Assembly (NCBI GenBank): GCA_030770535.1 | Contig: JASVEC010000029.1 | Coordinates: 186,001 to 250,000 of the forward strand | DNA: 64,000 nt | Direction: 5' to 3' | DNA from: Batkoa obscura | Taxonomy: Eukaryota | In this document: positions 27,749-38,869 of the stretch, piece by piece | Layout: the number at the start of each line of letters is the position of its first letter | Numbering within the stretch: the first letter of the stretch is position 1 | The notes under the pieces: model-generated | What the model was told of the DNA's origin: nothing | The model's database searches: none | What the model saw: the letters and a program-made list of their open reading frames with translations, nothing else | Program-made: the position numbers and the translations under genes

Positions 27749-29449
27749 TTATAATAAATTTTATATATAATTTAATTTTACCCCAAAAATATATTTTCTC
27801 CATTATTAGATTTTTGATGAGCATCACCAAAAATACAAACTGTATAAATATAATCCCCTTGTGTTTTATCAAAACATTTTTCATTTAAATAAGCATAAGA
27901 ATTTAATGGCCCATAATCCATTGTTAACTTATCTTCAATAGATTTTAATTCGGATTCTTTATTACTTAAAGTAGACTCTGCATTCCATAATTCTGTTCTT
28001 GCATTGGAAGCATCTGTGACAATGGTAGTAGAAAATGGATAAATAAAATTTAATAAATTATATTTAATAGATGTATAATAAACATTAATAATAGTTTTGA
28101 AATTATTTATAATATTCTTATTAAATCCAAAACTCTCACCTTGATTACTACTATCTTTGACTTCTGATTGAGGATCAACAATTTTAAATCGTTCATCATT
28201 ATTCATATCAATTTTGTTATATGATTCATGAAATTCATTATAAGCTGTAATTGCTCCTTTAACTGCCATATCATGATAATTTTGATTATGATTTAATTTT
28301 AAATCTTTTAAAACATTATCTAAATGTTCAATTTTTTCTTGTAATTCTTCAATAATGGATTTTAATGTTGATACTTGATTTTCTAGTAAATTGGCACGTG
28401 TAGAGGCATTCGCTTCTATAATAGAGATTAATATCAAAAGATACAAATTGAAATGAATTGAAATTTACGATGATCTTTTTCTGCTTGATTTTCAATTGCT
28501 TCTTTTTCTTCTTTGATTTCTATAAATTAATTAAATTAATTAAATTGAATTATTTTGTATAATTATTGATTGAAATATAATATCTAAAAAAGCTTACTCT
28601 TTAACTCTTCCACTTTTGATTTAGCTTGATCAATTTCTTTTTTAATCTCTACAATTTGAATTTCAAATTTTTCTTTCAATACAGAATATTCTTTAATATA
28701 TTCACTTCTTTTTTCTAAGCCCTATTATTATAAGTATTTATATAATTCTATATTATTTAAATGAAAAGAACTGAATACTTTTTTTAAAATTTCTTTCTTT
28801 TGATTTAATTCCTTATTAACTTTTTCTGCTAATTCCTTACAACGATTAGGACACTGAATTTTACCATCATATTCATCACTACCATCACAACAAGCTTCAT
28901 CTATATTATAAATATTATAAATATTTGATGGTTATAAATCAAAAATAATATAAGAATTTTCTAAAAACTTACCACAAATACCATCATTAACTCTTGATGA
29001 TAATAATGTTGCTGGTATATGTCCTTCATTATCACAATAAAACGTACTATTTGGGCAAGCAGAGGTTCCTATATTAGTTTTTTTATATTAGTTAAATTAA
29101 ATTAAATTAATTTTTATTATTTTATCATTTACCTGGTTCATCCGATCCATCTTTACAATCACAGTAATCATCATTAACTACTTTGATATCCATTAATTTA
29201 GTAGGATTATCAAAACATGCGAATTTATTAGGATCCTGATTATATAAATTAATCTCTATTTATAAAAGAAAACAATATATTAGTATTAATATTAATATTA
29301 ATATTAATAATATTAAAAAAAGACAAAATCAATGAAATATAAATTAATTATTTACTATGTGGTGGTACCCCTCTAAGATAATTGGGTTTTTCACTGAGAA
29401 TACTGGTAACTAAATAATTGAATAATAATAGTTTAAAACTTGAGTGCAT
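27345..29449 (-). CDS. GTB1: Glucosidase II beta subunit (PRKCSH/Gtb1), multi-exon
   Basis: Signal peptide + [58 protein letters not shown], coiled coil, MRH domain ([33 protein letters not shown]) and C-terminal HDEL. Confidence 0.95.
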
Positions 29450-29506
29450 TTTTGTAAGAAAATAAAAATAAAAATAAAATTTGAGTTTATTTTTAATTAT
29501 TTAATT

Positions 29507-29514
29507 CCACGTAA
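29507..29514 (-). promoter_or_regulatory. Putative UPR element (TTACGTGG) upstream of glucosidase II beta
   Basis: CCACGTAA lies ~58 bp upstream of the ATG; it contains TACGTG and resembles the Hac1/XBP1 ACGT-core site. Confidence 0.35.
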
Positions 29515-30380
29515 CTCTAAGATAAATGGTTCATTTGTTAATTGACTTAATTAAGTTAGTCTAATTTTTTAAAAATGAGGGTTTTTGCCCAAAATTTGGG
29601 CTGAATCTTCCAATTCAATAGTAATTAATTGTCAATATTATATAAGTTCTAAAGGCTTTAGAGTCGTTAAGTTCAATAAGCGTATCAATTTATTAATTGA
29701 TGTAAAGTAAGACAAATTAAGCCTAATATTTGACCAGCGATAGTGGGAAGTTTTATATTCTTCCTAAATGGAGCTAATAAGGTTTAAAAGTATAGTTTGC
29801 TTTGAAAATAAATAATAAAATTAATCTTAATGGAGAGAGTCCAAAGGAAGAGAAATTCAATTGTTTATATACTTTGTATAAATATACAATACACTAATTA
29901 ACTATATTTTAATATTAATAATAAAAAATCTTTAATATAAATAAAATAATTCAATGTCAACTTAATAAATAAAAATAGTTTTTTAAGTTTTAATAATTTA
30001 AATTATCATTATTATTAAACAACTATAGTAATAGAATTTATTTATAGATAAAATAAAATCCAATGTTGAATATTTACTTATCAAACAAACAAAGAAACAA
30101 AGAAACAAAAAAACAATTAAAATTCTATTACAACAATTCAATGTTTAATTTATTAATCAATTCTCTTAAGTTTATTATAAAATTTATTTATTAACAATGA
30201 AACCCACTTTAATTAAGTATGTTCCAACAAATTAATTTTAATAAATTAGCTACTCTTAATAGCCTGGGTCTTCAACACCTCTATTATAACAAAAAATAAA
30301 ATAATCAAAGATAAAAACGCAAGTATAAATACTACAGTTCTTCCGAAATTCTACTTTTTTTTTTAAAAATACTCTAAAAG

Positions 30381-30995
30381 ATGAAATATTATCAATTAGT
30401 CTTACTTGCATTGATTGCAACTATAATTGCTCATGAGAATAATCATCAAAAGCAGGCCTATCCTACTTCCCCTTCTACTTACACTGGTTATAATGTAGAC
30501 CCTCCAAATACTCCGGATATTACTAAAGTAAGCGATTCTAAACCAGAGCTCCAACCAACTTTATCAGAAGTCAATAAACAACCTACTCCAATTATTAGTG
30601 AATCTGAAAGTTCAACTAAGATTGAAACTGAAATTGAAAGTCCAACAGAAACGAAAGTAACTGATGATAGTATTCAAACTAGTGATAAAACTGTTGATCA
30701 ATCTATTTCTAATATGGAATCTATACAAACTAGCAATAATCCAACTTCATCAATTGAATCAATGGAAACAAACTCAAATTTAAGTTCTCAAGAACTATCC
30801 AAAACATATGAAAGTAAACAAACTTCAAGTTCTCAAAGTGTTTCTAAAGAAACTGAAAAATCAAGTTTTACTAAAAGTTCCACTTCAACTTCTAATATTA
30901 AAAGTAAAACTAGCTCAACTACATCAAATTCTTATCTTCTTAATCTCTATCCAGCTTCCGCTTTACTTATTATTATTGCAACTCTTTCAATTTAA
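30381..30995 (+). CDS. GPI-anchored Ser/Thr-rich surface protein 1
   Basis: Signal peptide MKYYQLVLLALIATIIA, S/T-rich body, omega-like SNS and hydrophobic C-terminus; TATAAATA upstream at ~30324. Confidence 0.88.
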   Translation: MKYYQLVLLALIATIIAHENNHQKQAYPTSPSTYTGYNVDPPNTPDITKVSDSKPELQPTLSEVNKQPTPIISESESSTKIETEIESPTETKVTDDSIQTSDKTVDQSISNMESIQTSNNPTSSIESMETNSNLSSQELSKTYESKQTSSSQSVSKETEKSSFTKSSTSTSNIKSKTSSTTSNSYLLNLYPASALLIIIATLSI

Positions 30996-31763
30996 TAAAG
31001 TTGAGTTTTATTTTATTATTATTATGAAAAAAAATAATAAAATTTTAGCTTTAGTTTTCATATGTACTTTAATTATCAATTGATCATTTTACTAAATTAT
31101 TATTGTTCTAACAAAATCTTTACGATTTATAAAATATTAGGCAATTTTTTTTAGATTCTATTTAATAGTTAAATAGTTTTAATTAATTATAATAAATTAA
31201 AATGTTTTTTTTATTAATCAGTTGTCTATTTGTTATTACATACTGTATTATTGTATAAAATGAAAGCTTACTATTATAATAAATAATGATTTATCTTAAT
31301 TACAAAAATAATAAAAAACTAAAATTAACTAAAGTATTTGGAAAATGATTATTAAAGTATTAATTAAGTTAGAACATTGAATATTTTATTTTAACTTTAA
31401 TAAAAGGTTTAAATGCCCAATTGGTTATCAAAATAGTATTAAAAATTTAAAATATCTAAAAATTTTAAAAGAGATAGAAATATTGACTTTTATAAGTAGA
31501 AACAAAGTTTATGAAAGTCAAAACCACACTGTTGTAAGTTAAACATATCAATGTTATAAAGGTCAAAATCTATTTTAAAATAAAATAAAATAAAATGAAT
31601 CAAATTTACAATCAATCTTGTTACCAGGAATTGAAAATAATCTAATATATTACTTAATTCCCAATTATTGCTCTAAAATCTCAACTAATAAATCACTAAA
31701 TTCTATTTTTAATATATAAAGCATCCACAAAGTCTTTTTTTATAACAATTTGATTAATAAACA

Positions 31764-32783
31764 ATGAAGTTTTTTCAATTTGCTATAGCTGGTTTTATTG
31801 CGTCGATTCTTTCTCATGAGAATTATAATAAAGAAAAACAGGAATCTTCTAGTTTATTACAAAGTTATGGTTATGATACAGAAAAAAAAAGTTCATCTGG
31901 TTATGAGATTTCTAACTCATTAACTGAAGTTGTTTACAAGGAAACTCCTTCACCAACTGAGGCTAGTTATGATGTCCCATCTTCATCAATCGAAATAAGT
32001 TATGGTGTCCCATCTTCATCAGTTGAAGTTAGTTATGAAGAAACTACATCGCCAACTGAGACTAGTTATGAAGGAACTACATCGCCAACTGAGACTAGTT
32101 ATGAAGGAACTACATCGCCAACTGAGACTAGTTATGAAGAAACTACATCATTAACTGAGACTAGTTATGATGTCCCATCTTCATCAGCTGAAGTTAGTTA
32201 TGAAGAAACTCCATCATCAACTGAGACTAGTTATGAAGAAACTCCATCGTCAACTGAGACTAGTTATGATGTCTCATCTTCATCAGCTGAAGTTAGCTAT
32301 GAAGAAACTCCATCATCAACCGAAACAAGTTATAAAGAAACCCTTTCTTCAACTGAAGTTAGCTACGAAGAAACTCTATCGTCAACTGAAACAAGTTATG
32401 ATGTTCTACTTTCATCTACAAACTCTGATTCCAAAACAAGTTCAGATTCAATAACATATGATACTCAACCATCTTCATCTACTCAAAGTCATTCTAAGCC
32501 TACTATCATTACCGATTTTAAACCAAGTAATACTGAAGCAACAAGTACTAAAAACAATGCTTCATCTTCTAAACAGATAAGTTCAAGTAATGATTTAACT
32601 AAACAAACAGCTACTAAAAATAGTAGTTCAACTACTAAACAAACTTCCTCTACTCATTCTTCATCGGAAAGTGAATCAAGTACAAAAATGAGTAAGAGTA
32701 ATAGCTCTAAATCCAATACCTTTTATTTTCAACCCACTTCTGTTTTGATAACTATTGCTGTTGTGTTTGTTTTTTCTTATTAA
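31764..32783 (+). CDS. GPI-anchored Ser/Thr/Glu-rich surface protein 2 with 11-aa tandem repeats
   Basis: Signal peptide MKFFQFAIAGFIASILS, repeats of the SYEETPSSTET / SYDVPSSSAEV type, hydrophobic C-terminus. Confidence 0.9.
   Translation: MKFFQFAIAGFIASILSHENYNKEKQESSSLLQSYGYDTEKKSSSGYEISNSLTEVVYKETPSPTEASYDVPSSSIEISYGVPSSSVEVSYEETTSPTETSYEGTTSPTETSYEGTTSPTETSYEETTSLTETSYDVPSSSAEVSYEETPSSTETSYEETPSSTETSYDVSSSSAEVSYEETPSSTETSYKETLSSTEVSYEETLSSTETSYDVLLSSTNSDSKTSSDSITYDTQPSSSTQSHSKPTIITDFKPSNTEATSTKNNASSSKQISSSNDLTKQTATKNSSSTTKQTSSTHSSSESESSTKMSKSNSSKSNTFYFQPTSVLITIAVVFVFSY
31932..32420 (+). repeat. 33-bp coding minisatellite (about 15 units)
   Basis: Units such as agttatgaagaaactccatcatcaactgagact and agttatgatgtcccatcttcatcagctgaagtt. 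Confidence 0.92.
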
Positions 32784-34768
32784 TATCATTTAAAATGATT
32801 ATTTTTAACAATTAATTAAGTTAATAAATGGTAACTTTGAATTTCAATTTCATATTAGTGTATTTTACTTTTTTATTTTTGAAAGAGCTTTTACATTATT
32901 AAATATATTTTTATTCTATTAAAAATTTACAAGTTAGCATATAAACTAAGCAGTGGATTTGGGTCTCTGTTTGTTTATTAATTGAATTACAAGCTTTTAT
33001 CTATGAAAAACCACAAACCCAAAAGATCTTTTCATTTGATAAAAGAGTTAAAGAATAGTAGGGATTTTCAAGTGTTTAACCAAATAATTTTGTAATTTAT
33101 TAAGTTAATTTTATTATAAAAGATTCTACTAATAGAATCTCAATCATAATATGCAATATTAAAATGATTATTTCTATAGAATTATTTAAAAATCGATATT
33201 AGATTTTTAATCTCATAAAAAACACAATAAGTTTTTTATTTAAACTCTCTAATATTTAGACAATAAATAGAACCAGTTTATTTAGTTTTGTATTAATCAG
33301 AATCTTGTTCTGTTAGTTAACAATATACTTGTCAATTATATTATGTAAGTGTAATAAATTTTGGATGGAACATTAGATTATTTTTAAATTTTAAATAAAG
33401 GGGCTAAAAATAGATATTAAAAAAAATAAGTTTTTTTGAAGTATGTGTTAAGAATATTCGCACTAATCAATATTATCCATCTCCCCTGAAGTTCCAACAT
33501 TTTATTAATTTCGAATACTTTTCTTAACATTGTTTATAATACAACTTGAAATAGTTATAAATCAACTATCTCGTTGAACTATTTTAATGGTTCAAATGAA
33601 CCTTTTAATAGTCAACTTGATTGCATGAAAAAATATTATACTAAAATAAGATAATCAAATATTACTTAGAATATTTAAAATTGGAATGTGATTACAATTA
33701 TTATAACTCTTTTATGACTTATTTAACTTTATTTTTGAGAACAAATTTATGTCTAAATTTAATAGAAACTTATAAATTAAACTTTAAAGAAATTGATTAT
33801 ATCAATAATTTAATTCTAAAAATAATAACTAACAAAGTCACAAAAGAGCTACAATAGCTGTATAACCACATTTGAAATGGCTAAAAAGGAGAAAATCCAT
33901 GATTAGTTTATTTTCGAGATCGAATTCTCGAAATTATTTTAAAAGTTAGACTTTGTATAAAAATTTAGCGAGTTCCAGTTTCCATGAATGTAGAAACTTT
34001 TGATGCTTCAACTTGAGCTGCGTTTTTTGAAAATTTAATCCAAGTGTTATGGATTATAGTGAAAATATTGTTTCTATAAAAGTACTAAAGTTCGATTGCT
34101 TTTATAAAGTATATGTACTCATATTTTTTTAACTCTGATTACACACCGATCCCCCATGTCCACATGCTCCTTTATATTCTTTATACCAATTCATACAAAT
34201 ATACTCATGATCTTCACCTTCAAGTTTATATTCTAGAAATTGGAATTGAAATTTCTAAAATTGGATTTCATTCAATTTAATAATCAATCTGATCAAGATT
34301 TATATTAACTACCAAATTATAAAAAATTTCAAGTATAGAGTTCGTTAAATAAATTATCTGTATTTTATTATATTGTTTAAGTCGGTTTCATACAAATATT
34401 ATTAAGTATTGTTAAAAAACAAAGCAGTAGAATCATACATATATTATTTGTTTTATTGGTATAACCGTATATTTTAGAAAACACAATTCACAAAAAGAAT
34501 AGTAAATTAAGCAATGAGTTGAGGATTGATTAACCATAATAAACCACTAAATAAATTATATTTTATAAAGTACAAATTCTTGTTTAAGGTACCCCAAAAG
34601 ATAAAGTTAAATATATTAAGTAAAAATTAAGCATATCAGCTAAATATAGATATAGGCAAGTGTTCGCATTGATAGAAATTCTGATTTGCTAATGTACAGA
34701 TTCAAACTATATAAAAGGATGTAATTTTGAATATAGTTTCTTTAACTTTTGTTTTCAACTTAAATAAT

Positions 34769-35164
34769 ATGAAATTTTTCCAAGTTACCCTTTTAGCTCT
34801 CTCTGCTTGCGTTATTGCTCAAAATGCTTCATCAGCATCTACCAGTGCCGCTGTAACCAGTGCTTCTACCTCAGCTAAAGGTTCAGCTACCCCAATTGCC
34901 GGAGATAAAAGCGCATCAGCTACCTCCTCTGGAAGTGCTAAAGCTACTGAATCCGCTTCAGCTGATAAATCTGGAAAATCTTCCAGTGGCACCAAAGATG
35001 CCTCATCATCTGGTGCTGATAAAGATGCTAAATCCACCACTGGTTCCGGTAAAGAATCTAGTACCACTAAAGCTTCAACTTCTAAAGGTTCAACCTCAGG
35101 TGCTTCATCTTACTCCGCTTCTGCCTTTGTTGGTATGATCGCTGCTTTAGTTCTTTCCCAATAA
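34769..35164 (+). CDS. GPI-anchored Ser/Ala/Thr-rich surface protein 3 (true start MKFFQ at 34769)
   Basis: Signal peptide MKFFQVTLLALSACVIA, S/A/T/G/K-rich body, SGASS omega region and hydrophobic tail; TATATAAAA at ~34708; codon usage richer in C/T-ending codons. Confidence 0.9.
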   Translation: MKFFQVTLLALSACVIAQNASSASTSAAVTSASTSAKGSATPIAGDKSASATSSGSAKATESASADKSGKSSSGTKDASSSGADKDAKSTTGSGKESSTTKASTSKGSTSGASSYSASAFVGMIAALVLSQ

Positions 35165-35825
35165 TTTAATTTATACTATTAAATAAATAATTTAATGCTA
35201 ACTTTTTTTGATGTTTTTATTTTTATTAGATTGTTTCTTTATAATTCAAAAGCTAAGCACTTTTTTTAGTAGTTAATATGTTAATCATAGTTAGCTAGGT
35301 TATCGAGGGTGGATTATAATTAATAAGGGAAGGAGCTTTACAGGGTAGAGTGGATTTGCTCTTGACGGTACAGTTAAAGCCATCAAGAAATACAAGACCC
35401 ACTGAGCAAAGAGGTGAGTTTTTACTGTAAATCAAGTTGACTAGAGGGAACCAAGATTCAATAAAAATAAGGTAAAGACATTTAGAGAAGAGCTCCGTTA
35501 TACTATGCTATTATTATCTTCAAGTTCCATCATATAGTACAATAAAAGTTTCAACACTTATATTGTGTATCTAAAGTTTTTTTTATCACTAAGAGATTTA
35601 ATTAATGAACCATTAGCTCGAATTAACTCTTCTAGTGATAAAGTATTTATACAAAGTCATTAACTTTAAAATTTTAATAGAAATAATAAACGTGTTAAAG
35701 TTCATTGGTATATGTTGTCAATAAAAAATTTCAATAATTATTTATAATTTAAGATAAATTACCAACTTCAGATAATAACTTTACCACAGTATTCTAATCA
35801 AATAAATTGGTATACAAGATTTTAA

Positions 35826-35917
35826 AATGGGAGTGTATTTTTTTGTTTAATAATTTTACCTCTCAAATTGGACTCAGAAAACAAAAAAATGATGAAACCA
35901 AAAAAAACGCCCCCAAA
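35826..35917 (+). mobile_element. MITE family A copy 7 (internally deleted)
   Basis: Both termini recognisable, middle shortened. Confidence 0.75.
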
Positions 35918-35920
35918 TAA

Positions 35921-36320
35921 TATTAAGATTTTTCTAAAATAATCTGACCTTTTTGATTTATAAAAAAAATAGGCTACAATGGTCATTTCATTTTTTAAAA
36001 TTTCTAATAAAGAATTATTTTTAATTGAAAGTTTTTAATTTTACTTCCACTATAAATAAAGTAATTAGTTTTATACCACAATTACCAATAACGTAACGTT
36101 GACTACTTTTTATTTAAAATAGTTTTTCAAAGATCAAACTAACGTTTATAATGGAGAGCATCATTTGATTGTTATAATCAACAATGTTTTTTTGATTTGA
36201 ATTTCTTTTTTCTTGATAACTATGCTTAGTTTTACAAAAATTGGTTTTGTAGTTGCAGCTAGTTACTTTCACCACCTGTACCACAAAAAAAGGTCAGATT
36301 ACTTCAGAAAAATCCTAATA
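35921..36320. mobile_element. TIR element family B (400 bp, ~35-bp TIRs)
   Basis: Left end TATTAAGATTTTTCTAAAATAATCTGACCTTTTTG vs right end (rc) TATTAGGATTTTTCTGAAGTAATCTGACCTTTTTTTG; TA at both ends; no ORF. Confidence 0.72.
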
Positions 36321-36518
36321 TTTTAATATTAAATTAAATATTAAATTTACATATTTAAATTAATAATATCATATAATAATATATTAAAACTAGGCTAACA
36401 CTTGTAATAATAATTTTGGTATTTTTGAGTAAAAGCTCTACTATTAACATTTCATCTAAATTTATTGATATTTATAGTTAAGATTTTTTAACCTGCTTTA
36501 AGTAAATCCAGTTTAAAA

Positions 36519-36622
36519 TGTGAGGATGTATTTTTTTGTTTAAGAATTTTACTAGCAATCTTTCCGCTCAAACAACGCTTAAAAAATGGAAAAAGTGATA
36601 AAACCAAAAAAATATCTCTATG
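36519..36622 (+). mobile_element. MITE family A copy 8
   Basis: tgaggatgtatttttttgtttaagaattttactagcaatctttccgctcaaac... Confidence 0.87.
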
Positions 36623-37676
36623 TAAAAAAAAATATATAATTAAAAGATTTTTTTAATCTAATAATAATAATTTAAATAAATAAAAAATATAAAAAATGTT
36701 TAGTATTGTTAATTAAGCGCTTTTATTTTTATTTTCCATATATAATACTATTTCAATATATATGTTTTTAAACTTATTAGGATTTTTGTTAATAATTTTA
36801 ATTTTAAAAAACAAAGTTCTTAGCTATAATAATTTATTTTTTTAAAACATAAATAATTTTTAGTAAAATATTTTAATAATATAATTTTATATTTTTGCCA
36901 TTAATTTCTATCAAAAAACTTTAATAATCAACTATGTTTTATTGTATATATATTTTTTTTAAAAGTTAATTGTTATTTATTTTTATAACTTCAGCTTTAT
37001 AAATAATTTATATTTAAGTTATAAACAGGCTGCATTAAGTAATTTTTTTTTAAATAGCTTATTTTTAAAAGTAAAATGTTAAAATATGTTGGGTTTGTAA
37101 TATACTGTGAAATTATAATAAAAAAGTAGCTTTTAAGACTTAATGTTTTTGATGCTTTTTTATTCTTTAGTTTTTTTTGAACTATAAAAAATTACTACTT
37201 TTTAAAACATTCAAACAGGTTTTTTTTGGTGTATCGCTACAAAACTTTATCCTTCTTGCCTTTTTTGGATTTATTTAGAATAGATAATAATTTACAAAAT
37301 GGGTTAACCGTTGTGGTTATGATTTAAATATGTTCAAAACTATCCCACAACTTTTAACACCTTTATTTTCATCTAATTACTAATTGATCTTTATTATTAA
37401 TCTGATATTTAAGTACGTAACACCTTTGGGATTTCTTTAAACAACATCAATCTTAATCTAAAAGTATTGAGGATATGATATTGCATGAATTTTTTACTAG
37501 AAAGTTTGATCCAACTAGAACAACGAACAAACGCTTCCTCTAACACAAGTATATAATTTTAGTCATGCCAAAGTTGTTTAAAATACATTGGACTCCATGT
37601 CTAATAAAAGATAAAATTATTAATAAATAAATTTAATGTTTGTTTAAAAATAGCTTATTTGGAACTAAAAATAACC

Positions 37677-37777
37677 TATAGAGATATATTTTGTTTAAAA
37701 ATTTTACTAATAGCTATTCTACTCAAATAGCGCTTGAGAAATGAAAAAAGTGATGAAATAGAAAAAACACCCCCTAT
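37677..37777 (+). mobile_element. MITE family A copy 9 (degenerate)
   Basis: ...actcaaatagcgcttgagaaatgaaaaaagtgatgaaatagaaaaaacaccccta. Confidence 0.8.
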
Positions 37778-38081
37778 GTTGAAGTTTACCCTTTTGCTGC
37801 ATATAAATATGGTACGGATTACGCCGTCTTTTTTTTAAACAATTTTACTGCGTGTTTTTATTTTTGTTCAACTGTATTTACTAATTTATTAATTTTGGAT
37901 ATCTAGGCTTTATGAAATAATTAAAATTTAAAATAGAGATTTGGATTCAATTTATTTAAGCTGATTATGTTACTTTTTAGCTATTTCATCATTAAAGTAT
38001 TTAATTCCGATATCCTTTACATATTAGTGATGTACTTATTTTTATGCAATATTAATATTATTGCTCTGAACTATGCTTTCA

Positions 38082-38183
38082 AATGGGGTGTTTTCTTTGG
38101 CTTTATCACTTTTTCCATTTTTTAAGCGCTATTTGAGTGGAAAAATTGTTAGTAAAATTGTTAGAAAAAAATACATCCTCAAA
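38082..38183 (-). mobile_element. MITE family A copy 10
   Basis: atggggtgttttctttgg...aaaaaaatacatcctca. Confidence 0.85.
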
Positions 38184-38377
38184 TAATGGGTTAATGCTAT
38201 AATATTAAAATAAAATGGTAGTAAAATAACAAAAATGACAATGAGAATATTTTATTTTTATAAATTGAGTTTAAAATTACCCAAAGCTTTTGGTAAATTG
38301 GTAAAGATAAAAAGTAATTACAAGAGGTATATATCAACAATGATACATATATAAAATGAGGTATTATAATACGAAAT

Positions 38378-38869
38378 CTAAGCTTTAAATTCTTTGGCTT
38401 TCCTTCTAGGTCCATGGTTAAACATTTTGATATGGGCATTTAAATGGTTTAATGCTCCATAAGAGCGAGTACAATATGGGTAATTACAATGATATTTCCT
38501 ATTTACTTCATGATATTTTCTACGTGGTCTTTTTACTATTTTTTCACCTATTATATTTATAAAACTACACTCACGTTCATTAAATGTTCTATTTACTATA
38601 GTAGCTTGTTTGCTAATAGGAGATTGCTCTTGCAATATATCTCCTAATATACTATGAATAGATGGTAACTCTACATCTTTAGTGAATATAGGCTTATTAA
38701 CACTACTCATGTCTGATATATAATACAAATCAAAAGATCTACGAGAGCAGGAAAAAGAAGAGGAAGGAGAAGAAAGGTAATCTGGATAATCAATTGTATA
38801 GTTTAAATCTAAAGCAGGGTTTAAATCCAAAATGCTTTTATTTAAAGTGATAGTAGTAGAAAAAGTCAT
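38378..38869 (-). CDS. CON7: Con7-like single C2H2 zinc-finger transcription factor, paralog 1
   Basis: KRPRRKYHEVNRKYHCNYPYCTRSYGALNHLNAHIKMFNHGPRRKAKEFK; upstream LPSIHSIL motif. Confidence 0.88.
   Translation of the reverse strand: MTFSTTITLNKSILDLNPALDLNYTIDYPDYLSSPSSSFSCSRRSFDLYYISDMSSVNKPIFTKDVELPSIHSILGDILQEQSPISKQATIVNRTFNERECSFINIIGEKIVKRPRRKYHEVNRKYHCNYPYCTRSYGALNHLNAHIKMFNHGPRRKAKEFKA

Noticed and set aside
30808..35138. Alternate-frame ORFs 30808-31083, 32167-32454 and 34860-35138
   Set aside because: Out-of-frame readings of Ser/Thr-rich repeats (Leu/Gln/His-rich artefacts).
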